Source of the DNA: an uncultured Anaerolinea sp.
GTDB lineage: Bacteria; Chloroflexota; Anaerolineae; Anaerolineales; Villigracilaceae
Length of the DNA stretch: 64,000 nt
Direction: 5' to 3'
Assembly: GCA_964511765.1 (NCBI GenBank)
Contig: CAZEGE010000001.1
Location: forward strand, 41,728 to 105,727
The notes below the pieces were generated by a model. It was not told the origin of the DNA. It was given only the letters and a program-made list of their open reading frames with translations, and did not search any database. Made by a program: the position numbers and the translations under genes. Below are positions 43,966 through 53,193 of this stretch, in pieces (position 1 is the stretch's first letter; each line of letters starts with the position of its first letter).

Positions 43966-45198
43966 CTAGAATCTGTCATGTGTGTCGAGGAATAGATTTT
44001 CGATGTCGACGTTATCCATTTGTTGGTCTTTGTACAAAGAATATTTTAGACGGTTTACGATTTCTTCTTTGAAGTTTTTCCTTAGTGATATGAAATTATG
44101 CGCTTCCGCCAAAGGGTAAGGGTATCCAAGAATGTAGTGTTCTTGAGTTAAGCAGGTAAGTTCTTTGAAAATCAAATCTAATATTTCCCTGTTTCGTTTA
44201 ATCTCGCCATTTTCAATTCCGGGAATAGCATCAAAGATATTTACGTCAGCAATAATCCAATCATAGTTTTGTAGTTTTTCTACGTAGTCAAGACGCGCCG
44301 CCATGTACAGTCCAAAGCCCCTTCCGCTTTTTATTGCCTTTCTAACAATAAAGTCACCCTTATATGCTGCTTTGAGAACATCATCTGCAACTTCAAACCA
44401 ACAACAAAGTTTTTTCCTATTTGGTTCTGTTTGAGTAAATGGATATTTGTGCTTAAGTTCATCTTGGAGATAATTATCTATCCTTTTGAAGGTATACGAT
44501 AATTCCATCTTCACAGGCGATTGTTTTGTAATAGAAACAATGATAATCCCTTTTTCGTGTAAATATTTTCCAAGCTTAACCATATAAGGCTGTTTGACGA
44601 GCAGTGGGCGCAAGTTGCCATCGCGCAAAATAAAATCACCAGCCTTTGTTACTGATAATTCAGAAATTTCTAAAATTAATGCAATCTCTAGGATTTCTTG
44701 GCAAAAACCAAGTAACGAAGAAAGATTAGCGCATATTTGATCTTTTTTCCATGGAAAAATATTCTCTAGTCTGTCATTCCAAAAATCCAACAACTTTTTG
44801 ACAACAGGCATAGATAGTAATTCGTCATACATTACTCCAAGGTGTTCTTCATTGGTTACAAGTATATTTTCTGGATAGTATGCTTGACCAAGAATTACAG
44901 GATCATCATCAAAGTTCATTCTTACTTGTTTACCATGATGATAGCAAATGTACCCCGCTGTATATATTGCAATAGCCAATCCATTGTAAAACTCTTGGCT
45001 ATTGTAACTTCCGTCAATTGCGTAGAAACGTCTGTCGGTATTGTCAATCTCATTGAACGGGGTAATTTCAAAAATCTGCGGCGTTTCAATGTTATCTTCG
45101 ATGCCAACGGGATTAATGCCATAATTCTTATTGCTTCGCGTGTTTATTTGGCGAGCTACGGCTTCAATTGCGCTGTCTGGAATTTCTTTTTTTGACAT
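43966..45198 (-). CDS. nurA: NurA-family 5'-3' nuclease
   Basis: FYAIDGS, ILRDGNL, SITKQS and the C-terminal GYPYPLAEAH motif. Directly upstream of herA. Confidence 0.8.
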   Translation of the reverse strand: MSKKEIPDSAIEAVARQINTRSNKNYGINPVGIEDNIETPQIFEITPFNEIDNTDRRFYAIDGSYNSQEFYNGLAIAIYTAGYICYHHGKQVRMNFDDDPVILGQAYYPENILVTNEEHLGVMYDELLSMPVVKKLLDFWNDRLENIFPWKKDQICANLSSLLGFCQEILEIALILEISELSVTKAGDFILRDGNLRPLLVKQPYMVKLGKYLHEKGIIIVSITKQSPVKMELSYTFKRIDNYLQDELKHKYPFTQTEPNRKKLCCWFEVADDVLKAAYKGDFIVRKAIKSGRGFGLYMAARLDYVEKLQNYDWIIADVNIFDAIPGIENGEIKRNREILDLIFKELTCLTQEHYILGYPYPLAEAHNFISLRKNFKEEIVNRLKYSLYKDQQMDNVDIENLFLDTHDRF

Positions 45199-45330
45199 AA
45201 TATTTTTAGAATGATATACCCAACTGAGTGTAATTTAATCAATGCTCGCAAGTATAGCACACTCGTTAAATTTCCCTGGAACCTAAATGAGAATTTGATT
45301 TTCCATCTATTCTGTTTTATGCAAGATACA

Positions 45331-45365
45331 AAAAATAAAAAGAGACGCTCAGGATTTAGAGTGTC
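45331..45365 (-). terminator. Minus-strand terminator-like hairpin upstream of nurA
   Basis: Minus strand GACACTC-taaatcct-GAGCGTC followed by TCTTTTTATTTTT. Confidence 0.45.
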
Positions 45366-45412
45366 AGGTCTGCTCCCATATCGGGTAAAATCAAGCAAAG
45401 AAAAGGGTAACT

Positions 45413-46681
45413 ATGAACAAATTCACTGGCTATCGCTGTTCACTTTGTGGGACCGAATACCTGCCTGGTCAGGTCACGTACACTTGCCCGAAGGATGGCG
45501 GAAATTTGGATGTCCTCCTTGATTATGAATATATTAAAAAGAAGTTCCAGCCCGAAGATATCACCTCGCGCACTGAATCATCGCTATGGAGATATTTGCC
45601 CCTCCTGCCAGTCAACGAGCCGGAGGGGAATTCCACTCCCTTACACGCTGCAGGCTGGACGCCTGTATTTGCCCTGCCGCGGTTGGCAGAGAAACTAAAT
45701 CTCAAGCACCTCTGGCTCAAGGATGAGTCGCGTAATCCCACTGCCTCTTTCAAGGATCGCGCCAGCGCAGTGGTTGTGACCCGCGCGCGCGAATTCAAAG
45801 CGGAGGTGGTTGTCACGGCTTCTACAGGTAATGCGGGTGCGGCGTTGGCGGGCATGTCTGCGGCGATTGGTCAGAAAGCGATCATCCTTGCGCCCAAGTC
45901 TGCTCCGCAGGCAAAAGTGGCGCAACTTCTCATCTTTGGGGCGAAGGTGGTCCTTGTGGATGGCACTTACGATGATGCATTCGATCTGAGTATTAAAGCC
46001 TCGAATGAATTCGGCTGGTATTGTCGTAATACTGGCTATAATCCATTTACACTCGAGGGAAAGAAAACTGCCGCCTTTGAGATCTGGGAATGGTGGCTGG
46101 AAGTACATCGAGACTGGCATCAAAAGGACAACCAGCTCGATGACCATGCGCCTCTCACGATCTTTGTGTCGGTGGGTGACGGCAACATTATTTCAGGCAT
46201 TCACAAAGGCTTCAAGGATTTACTTGCATTGGGATGGATTTCCAGCATGCCGCGCATCATCGGCGTGCAGGCTGAAGGGTCTGCGGCCATCGCAAATGCT
46301 TTTCATGCCAATACCGAAATTATTACGCCAGTCTCCGCGAAGACGATTGCAGATAGCATCTCGGTGGACTTGCCGCGAGACGGAGTCCGTGCCGTGCGTG
46401 CCGCGAAGGAAACCGGCGGCACATATATCACGGTGTCAGATGAAGAGATCGTCAAAGCCATTGCGGAACTTGGAAAAATGGGAGTTTTTCCCGAACCTGC
46501 CGGGGCTGCGGCCTATGCCGGTTTGGTCAAAGCAGCAGGTTCGGGCGGGGTGGGAAGCGATGATCCAATTTTGGTGTTGAATACGGGCAGCGGCCTCAAG
46601 GATATCCGCGCGGCGATGCAGGCTGTTGCAGAGGCTCCCATTATCGAACCTGCATTGCCGGCGCTTAGGAAATTACTATGA
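45413..46681 (+). CDS. thrC: Threonine synthase-like PLP enzyme (fold type II)
   Basis: CSLCG, LWRY, KDESRNPTASFKDR (PLP Lys), STGNAG, VGDG, PEPAGAA, NTGSGLKD. Confidence 0.78.
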   Translation: MNKFTGYRCSLCGTEYLPGQVTYTCPKDGGNLDVLLDYEYIKKKFQPEDITSRTESSLWRYLPLLPVNEPEGNSTPLHAAGWTPVFALPRLAEKLNLKHLWLKDESRNPTASFKDRASAVVVTRAREFKAEVVVTASTGNAGAALAGMSAAIGQKAIILAPKSAPQAKVAQLLIFGAKVVLVDGTYDDAFDLSIKASNEFGWYCRNTGYNPFTLEGKKTAAFEIWEWWLEVHRDWHQKDNQLDDHAPLTIFVSVGDGNIISGIHKGFKDLLALGWISSMPRIIGVQAEGSAAIANAFHANTEIITPVSAKTIADSISVDLPRDGVRAVRAAKETGGTYITVSDEEIVKAIAELGKMGVFPEPAGAAAYAGLVKAAGSGGVGSDDPILVLNTGSGLKDIRAAMQAVAEAPIIEPALPALRKLL

Positions 46682-47838
46682 AGAAAAATACTAATGAATG
46701 GAGTCTATCATTTCGATATGTAGTTGCCATCTTCTTATTTCTTTTACTGGTGGCGTTTTTGATCTATGCACGTGAAGCGGTAAAGGCATTGGTCATTTCT
46801 GCATTTACTGCTTATTTGATCAGCCCGGCCGTTACGTACATAAGATCAAAAACAAATTTATCCCGCAAGGCTGCTGTAAATATTGTCTATTTTTCTGCGC
46901 TGATATTTTTGATAGGAGTTCCCGCGACTTTAACCCCGATCTTTTTTGATGAAATAAAAATTGTAGCCAGCGATCTCCTTGACCTTTCACGCCAGACGAG
47001 CGTTTTGCTTACACAGCCTGTGCAGTTTGGCGGGATGGTGTTTCATTTCGAGCAATTGGGTGAAAGCCTTGGGCAATTGCAGGAATCAGTTCTCACTCCA
47101 TTACCTGAAGAGGCATTGGCATTGCTCGAAACGACATCCATCAATGTACTGTGGTCTTTGGTGATTCTTGTAAGTGTGCATCTGTTCATGAGCGAATGGC
47201 CGAGCATACATGCATGGATGATTGACCTGGCGCCGCAAGCGTATCATGATGATATGAGTGAGTTGTACAAACGCCTTCGAAAGGTGTGGATGGCATACTT
47301 GCGCGGGCAAATCGTTCTGATGGTAGTGGTTGGGGTTGTGTTCACTATTGCATGGCTTATCCTGGGTATTCCTGGGGCGTTGGTTCTGGGTGTTCTGGCC
47401 GGGTTGTTCACCTTGATTCCCGATGTTGGACCTTTCCTGGCGGCGGTGCTTGCAATGGCTGTGGCTTTGCTGGAAGGTTCCAGTTGGATACCCGTTTCAA
47501 ATTTTTGGGTGGCTGGCATTGTCGGTCTGACGTATCTGGTATTGATTAATTTAAAGAATTTCTTTGTGCGTCCGATTATCATGGGACGCAGTTTACACAT
47601 GAATGAAGCGTTGATTTTCATCGCGATCATGATCGCCACGATTCTTGAAGGAATTATGGGCGCCTTGCTGGTTGTCCCAGTCCTGGCTTCAGTGATTGTG
47701 ATCCTTGAATATTTTCGCCGCCGCGTGCTTGGATTACCGCCATTTGAAGACAACGGCAGCCTGCAATTTAGCCTGCCTGCATCCAAAATACAATCACATT
47801 TTCGAAAGTCTACCAGAGAAAAGAAAAAGAATTTATGA
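46678..47838 (+). CDS. AI-2E family transporter
   Basis: Multi-TM; YLRGQ, LIPDVGP, RPIIMGRSL, GALLVVP. Confidence 0.85.
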   Translation: MKKNTNEWSLSFRYVVAIFLFLLLVAFLIYAREAVKALVISAFTAYLISPAVTYIRSKTNLSRKAAVNIVYFSALIFLIGVPATLTPIFFDEIKIVASDLLDLSRQTSVLLTQPVQFGGMVFHFEQLGESLGQLQESVLTPLPEEALALLETTSINVLWSLVILVSVHLFMSEWPSIHAWMIDLAPQAYHDDMSELYKRLRKVWMAYLRGQIVLMVVVGVVFTIAWLILGIPGALVLGVLAGLFTLIPDVGPFLAAVLAMAVALLEGSSWIPVSNFWVAGIVGLTYLVLINLKNFFVRPIIMGRSLHMNEALIFIAIMIATILEGIMGALLVVPVLASVIVILEYFRRRVLGLPPFEDNGSLQFSLPASKIQSHFRKSTREKKKNL

Positions 47839-48767
47839 AGATTACCTATTCGATCATTGCCCCGATTTACAACGAAATTGATAACATCCCGGAGTTATAT
47901 CGCCGCGTAAAAGAAGTGATGGATTCCTGCGGCGAAACCTGGGAATTCATCCTTGTGGACGATGGCTCAACGGACGGCTCCACGGAAAAGATCCGCGACC
48001 TTGCAAAAACGGACAAGATCGTACGTCCCGTGATCTTTGCCCGCAACTTTGGGCATCAAGTCGCCGTCACGGCAGGCTGGGATTATGCCCGCGGCGATGC
48101 GATCGTTATTATCGACGCGGATTTGCAGGACCCACCGGAAACAATCCTTGAACTTGCCAAGAAATGGAAGGAAGGCTATGAGGTCGTTTACGCAGTGCGT
48201 GGAGAGCGTGAAGGTGAATCCTGGTTCAAACTGTGGACGGCTTCCCTCTTTTATCGTTTGATCTATCGTATCACCGACGTGAAAATCCCAATCGATACCG
48301 GCGACTTCCGTTTGATGGATCGCAAGGTGGTGGATGTGCTCATGCAGATGAAGGAACGCCACCGCTTCCCACGCGGCATGTCCGCCTGGGTTGGTTTCAG
48401 GCAGATCGGTGTGACCTACAAACGCGCCGCACGTTATGCAGGGGTGACAAAATATCCTTTCAAAAAAATGTTGGGCCTCGCTTTAAATGCCGTTACAAGT
48501 TTCTCGTATTTCCCTTTGCAGGTGGCGACTTTCTTCGGCTTTGTTTCGGCTGGCATTGCCATACTCGCCATTCCCATTGTGATTTATATGCGTATCATGG
48601 GGTCGGGCGCATTTTTCGGACAGGCGACAACTTTAATCGCAGTGCTATTCCTCGGCGGCGTGCAGTTAATTTCACTGGGCATCCTTGGTGAATATATTGG
48701 GCGTCTTTACGATGAAGCGAAGGGAAGACCCTTGTATATTGTCCGTGAAGCGCCTGATGACCGGTAA
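47835..48767 (+). CDS. GT2 polyprenol-phosphate glycosyltransferase (GtrB/YkcC-like)
   Basis: VDDGSTD, RNFGHQ, DADLQDPP, DTGDFRL, LGEYIGR and two C-terminal TMs. Confidence 0.9.
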   Translation: MKITYSIIAPIYNEIDNIPELYRRVKEVMDSCGETWEFILVDDGSTDGSTEKIRDLAKTDKIVRPVIFARNFGHQVAVTAGWDYARGDAIVIIDADLQDPPETILELAKKWKEGYEVVYAVRGEREGESWFKLWTASLFYRLIYRITDVKIPIDTGDFRLMDRKVVDVLMQMKERHRFPRGMSAWVGFRQIGVTYKRAARYAGVTKYPFKKMLGLALNAVTSFSYFPLQVATFFGFVSAGIAILAIPIVIYMRIMGSGAFFGQATTLIAVLFLGGVQLISLGILGEYIGRLYDEAKGRPLYIVREAPDDR

Positions 48768-48848
48768 TCGGGTTTCAGTGACCAGTCGTTGAATGTAAAA
48801 TATTAATCTTCAACGATTATTTCATCCTCTATCTTTCATCCACTTCCC

Positions 48849-50207
48849 ATGTCTCTCACCTTTCTTAAAGATCGCGCCTTCCTGCGCGAAATGTTGACCA
48901 TCGCCATTCCCATTTCATTTCAACAGCTTGTTAACGCGTCGCTCAATATGATCGACGTCATCATGGTCGGACAGTTGGGCGAAGCCACCATTGCCGCGCT
49001 TGGTTTGGCCAACCAGGTATTTTTCGTTTTCATTCTGCTCTTGTTCGGCACAACCAGCGGCATGGCCATCTTCACCGCTCAATTCTGGGGCAAGCGGGAG
49101 GTTGGTCCCATTCGCAAAGTGCTGGGTATGAGCATCCTCACCACGTCCGTCATTGCGCTCATCTTCACACTGGCCGCCACGCTGATGCCGAAAACCGTGC
49201 TCGGCTTTTACACGAACGATCCTGAAGTGATCGAGCTCGGTTCTCGATATCTCCGTATTGTTGGCTTTTCATATATCCCCGTTGCGATAGCCACTTCGTA
49301 TATTGCGACCCTGCGAAGCATTCAACTTATCAAGATCACTGTCCTCTCGACGATCAGCGCCCTGATCTTTAAGACGGTCCTTGGTTATATGCTGATCTTT
49401 GGCATTGGAATATTTCCTGCGCTTGGAGTGGCAGGCGCCGCGATAGGCACCGCCTCAGGCTGGGTCCTGGAATTGATCCTGCTCCTTGTCCTTATCTACG
49501 CCCAGAAGACTCCCCTGGCCGCCAATCCGCTGACATTCTTCTCCTTCAAGATCTCATTCTTTGGACAGGTTTTTCGGACGACATTTCCCGCGCTTGCCAA
49601 CGAATTTTTCTGGTCAGTTGGTATTACAACTTATAACGCCATTTATGCGCATATCGGAACGGATGCAATTGCCGCGATCAATGTAAATGCGACGATTGAA
49701 GAACTCGGTTTCGTCGTCTTTATGGGTCTTGGGAATGCCTGCGCGGTGATGGTGGGCAACCGGATTGGCGCAGGTAAAAAGGAGGAGGCCTACGAAACTG
49801 TACGCCGCGTCGTTATCCTTTGCGTATTCGGTGCGTGGGTAGTGGGATTGATTGTCTTTTTATTGCGGGATCTTGTGGTGGGTTTATACGATCTTTCCCC
49901 CAGTGGCGTGAATAATGTCCGCATGTTGATTCTGATGATGGCATGCACCTTGTGGATTCGGATGTTCAATTTTTCGACATTTATCGGCGCACTGCGCGCA
50001 GGCGGTGACACGCGCTTTGCCCTTATCATGGAAATCTGTTCCATCTGGCTGATCGGTGTTCCCGCAGCCTATGTTGGCGGATTTGTTTTACATCTTCCTG
50101 TATATTATGTCTATCTTATGGTAACGCTCGAAGAAATTACCAAAGCCTTTGTCTGTGCGTGGAGGTTCAGGTCACGCAAGTGGATTCACGACCTGGTAAA
50201 TACATAG
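48849..50207 (+). CDS. MATE family efflux transporter
   Basis: IDVIMVGQLG, AQFWGK, GVAGAAIGT, VGNRIGAG, LRAGGDT. Confidence 0.9.
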   Translation: MSLTFLKDRAFLREMLTIAIPISFQQLVNASLNMIDVIMVGQLGEATIAALGLANQVFFVFILLLFGTTSGMAIFTAQFWGKREVGPIRKVLGMSILTTSVIALIFTLAATLMPKTVLGFYTNDPEVIELGSRYLRIVGFSYIPVAIATSYIATLRSIQLIKITVLSTISALIFKTVLGYMLIFGIGIFPALGVAGAAIGTASGWVLELILLLVLIYAQKTPLAANPLTFFSFKISFFGQVFRTTFPALANEFFWSVGITTYNAIYAHIGTDAIAAINVNATIEELGFVVFMGLGNACAVMVGNRIGAGKKEEAYETVRRVVILCVFGAWVVGLIVFLLRDLVVGLYDLSPSGVNNVRMLILMMACTLWIRMFNFSTFIGALRAGGDTRFALIMEICSIWLIGVPAAYVGGFVLHLPVYYVYLMVTLEEITKAFVCAWRFRSRKWIHDLVNT

Positions 50208-50322
50208 CGCCCTTCCGTTAAAATGAGCGCCAGGTGGGCAAAAACTGGCTTTTCCCATTACAGCCAGGATACTTGAAGTAAAATCAGAGCAATTATTTGT
50301 TAAAACCATGATTGGAGAACTC

Positions 50323-50730
50323 ATGCCTAAAATCACTGCCATTCATCATGTGGCTGTTGTAGTGGACGACCTCGACAAATCACTTGCATTCTGGCGGGAT
50401 GCATTGGGACTTGAACTTCATGAACTGCGGGATGTGCCTGCCGAGAAATCGCGGGTCGCATTCCTGCCCATCGCTGGCGCCGAAGTGGAATTGGTTATGC
50501 CGACGACGGATGATTCCGGTATTGCCAAATATCTTGCCAAGCGCGGGCCTGGCATGCACCACATTTGCTTGGAAGTGGATGATATCGACGGCATGATGTC
50601 TCAAATGAAAACAAAAAATATTCGCCTTATCAACGAAGAAGCGCGCACTGCTGAGGGCGGAAGAAAATACGCCTTCATTCACCCGGAGTCAACCGGCGGG
50701 GTGCTGGTTGAGTTATATCAAATTGCTTAA
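50323..50730 (+). CDS. mce: Methylmalonyl-CoA epimerase (VOC fold)
   Basis: IHHVAVVV, EVELVMP, GPGMHHICLEV, FIHPESTGGVLVEL. Confidence 0.85.
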   Translation: MPKITAIHHVAVVVDDLDKSLAFWRDALGLELHELRDVPAEKSRVAFLPIAGAEVELVMPTTDDSGIAKYLAKRGPGMHHICLEVDDIDGMMSQMKTKNIRLINEEARTAEGGRKYAFIHPESTGGVLVELYQIA

Positions 50731-50745
50731 GCGTAAGATACAGGC

Positions 50746-52203
50746 ATGCCAGAAAAACTTGAAGGAATCTTAAGAAACGAATGTGGTCTTGTGAAAGACC
50801 GCCCGATCATTGTGGGAGTCTCCGGAGGACCTGACAGCCTATGTTTGATGGAAATATTACATCAGGCAGGCTATTCGCTGGTTATCGCCTGTTTCGATCA
50901 CCGCCTTCGGCCTGAATCGAACCTTGAAGCGAGCATGGTGGAGAAGACAGCTGCGAGGCTTATGCTTGACTGCATCATCGATGGCGCCGATGTTCGCAGT
51001 TATGCTGGCAAAAATAAAATGTCCATCGAAGAAGCTGCGCGTACGCTGCGTTACCGCTTTTTATTTGATCTTGCCCGCCGCCAAAAGGCCCAGGCTGTGG
51101 CTGTGGGCCATACGGCGGACGATCAAGTGGAAACTGTGCTGATGCATATTTTGCGAGGCAGTGGAATTACCGGATTGACAGGAATGTCCTACCGTTCCAT
51201 CATCAAGACTTTCGATCCTGTGATTCCCATTGTACGTCCCCTGCTTGATCTTGGGAGGGAGGATACAGTTATATATTGCGCGGAAAATGGTTTGCACCCC
51301 TACCACGATTCAAGCAACGATTCACTGGATTTTCAACGCAATCATATCCGCCATGTGCTGATCCCCAACCTGGAAAGTTATAACCCAAAAATTCGCGAAG
51401 CAATTTTGCGTATGACACAATCATTGAAAGCTGATTACGTGGTTATAAAGGAGGCTTTAGAGAATACATGGAACGAGGTTGTCGTTGGAATAAATAAAGA
51501 TGTCATCACCTTTAACGCTGGCTTGCTTTGCGAATATTCGCCCGGCCTCCAACGGAACCTGATCAAACATGCCATGCAGACTCTTCGCCCGGGCGTGGAC
51601 ATCAGTTTTTCCGTTCTTGAACGTGCTGCCAATGTGATCAGTTCAAGCCCTCACTCCGCGCGCCTGGACTTAAAAGCAGGCTTGCACATGCTTCGCGAAT
51701 CCAACTCAATTTACATCTGTACGCTGGATGCAGAGCTGCCTATTAGCCTTTGGCCTCAAATGCCCGAGGACTTATCCATCACCATCTCGCCTCCAGGGCA
51801 GGCGGCTCTTGCTGGCGGTTGGAAGCTGAACTGCGAACGCCGGCGCCTGCCAGCTTCGGCTTGGGAACAGGCCGAACGAAACGAGAATCAGTTTCAGGTC
51901 TGGTTGGATGCGGAGAATTTGCCTGGGTCGCTTGAGCTGCGGACGCGTCGGCAGGGTGATCGTTTTGCGCCGCTGGGCATGAATGGTCATTCGCAGAAAC
52001 TTTCAGATTTTTTTATCAATGAGAAAATTCCGTATCGCGCACGGGAGCGCTGGCCGCTGTTGTGCGCAGGTCATGAGATCATCTGGGTACCAGGATATCG
52101 ACTGTCACATACCTATCGGTTGTCACAGTCGACGCGGAATATTATTTATATTTCAATGGTACGCCCTTCTGAAATCACATCCAATGAAGACCCCCGCCAA
52201 TAA
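50746..52203 (+). CDS. tilS: tRNA(Ile)-lysidine synthetase
   Basis: VGVSGGPDS, EEAARTLRY, GHTADDQVET, RNHIRH and a C-terminal TilS_C domain. Confidence 0.93.
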   Translation: MPEKLEGILRNECGLVKDRPIIVGVSGGPDSLCLMEILHQAGYSLVIACFDHRLRPESNLEASMVEKTAARLMLDCIIDGADVRSYAGKNKMSIEEAARTLRYRFLFDLARRQKAQAVAVGHTADDQVETVLMHILRGSGITGLTGMSYRSIIKTFDPVIPIVRPLLDLGREDTVIYCAENGLHPYHDSSNDSLDFQRNHIRHVLIPNLESYNPKIREAILRMTQSLKADYVVIKEALENTWNEVVVGINKDVITFNAGLLCEYSPGLQRNLIKHAMQTLRPGVDISFSVLERAANVISSSPHSARLDLKAGLHMLRESNSIYICTLDAELPISLWPQMPEDLSITISPPGQAALAGGWKLNCERRRLPASAWEQAERNENQFQVWLDAENLPGSLELRTRRQGDRFAPLGMNGHSQKLSDFFINEKIPYRARERWPLLCAGHEIIWVPGYRLSHTYRLSQSTRNIIYISMVRPSEITSNEDPRQ

Positions 52204-52220
52204 ACCTGACGGGGATCTTT

Positions 52221-53120
52221 TTATTTTATTTCACCATTAAGTTGTTTTAGTTTTATGAACAGTTCACGCCATTGAATCTTGGAAACGCCCAGTTTTTGGC
52301 GGATTTTATCTGGCTCGATGCCTGATTGATAATCACGCAGGGCAGATGTCCAGCGGCACATATCGAATGATAGGTGTTTGGCAAGGCCCGCTTCCCGGCC
52401 AATATCTTCAAGCAGATATTCCAGCCTGCGGGGCGACCATGCAAAAACCTGATCCACGGGCTGGTATTGAGAAAGATATTCTTCGTAGGCAGTGATCCAA
52501 TCCTCATCCAAATCTATCTTTCGTTCCTTGTATCGGTTGGCGGGGCTGGCATAGCGCACAAATAGATGCGGGCCATTCTTCGCCTGCAGGTCAATGTGGT
52601 TAATGTGAATGCCAAGGCATTCGCTTTTCTTGATGGCCGTGCTGAGCAGGAGATAAACGAGGGTGTAGGAGCGGGCGTCCGGCTTTTGCTCTCGGCGGTG
52701 ACGGTCTGCGGCGAGAAGCACGGCGTCATATTCTTCTTCCGTGAGTACCTGTGGAAGCGGGCTGATGGCAGACCGTTGCAGGACTTTTTCTGCCGGGTTA
52801 ATGGCCAGTGTGCCGTGTTGATGCAGCCAGCGGAAGAACGATTTCACGGACGTGATTCGGCGTGACAAGGTCTTGGGGCTGCAAGGGATGCCGCGTTCTT
52901 TTTCCATCCAGGTGAAGAAGCGGTTGAGGTCGTCTGTGGTGATCGTACCGATGGCCTGGTCGGGCGCCACGAATTGATTGAGCAGGCGAACGTCGGAGAG
53001 GAAGGCTTTGACGGTGTTGGAGGAACGTCCCTGATCGTAAAGGAACATTTCCCAGCCGTTGATTGCGGCGGGAAGCATGGTCTTCGCGGTAATATGGGCG
53101 GAATCAATTATTTTTGCCAT
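52221..53120 (-). CDS. Tyrosine recombinase (XerC/D-like) homolog lacking catalytic residues
   Basis: SAM-like N-domain (RSSNTVKAFLSD, TLSRRITSVKSFFRWL, NPA). Catalytic motifs read TAIKKSE, SFDMCRW, KLGVS and there is no C-terminal Tyr. Confidence 0.75.
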   Translation of the reverse strand: MAKIIDSAHITAKTMLPAAINGWEMFLYDQGRSSNTVKAFLSDVRLLNQFVAPDQAIGTITTDDLNRFFTWMEKERGIPCSPKTLSRRITSVKSFFRWLHQHGTLAINPAEKVLQRSAISPLPQVLTEEEYDAVLLAADRHRREQKPDARSYTLVYLLLSTAIKKSECLGIHINHIDLQAKNGPHLFVRYASPANRYKERKIDLDEDWITAYEEYLSQYQPVDQVFAWSPRRLEYLLEDIGREAGLAKHLSFDMCRWTSALRDYQSGIEPDKIRQKLGVSKIQWRELFIKLKQLNGEIK

Positions 53121-53193
53121 TAGGTCATCCTTGCGCGGTCTTTTCGTATAGTTTAACTAATCTGGAGAGGGTTGTCAAATGGTGTTTGGTGGA

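Noticed and set aside
52221-53120. Integrase as marker of a prophage or integrative element
   Set aside because: Catalytic residues are missing, flanks are housekeeping genes with host-like composition, and no att repeats or phage genes were seen.
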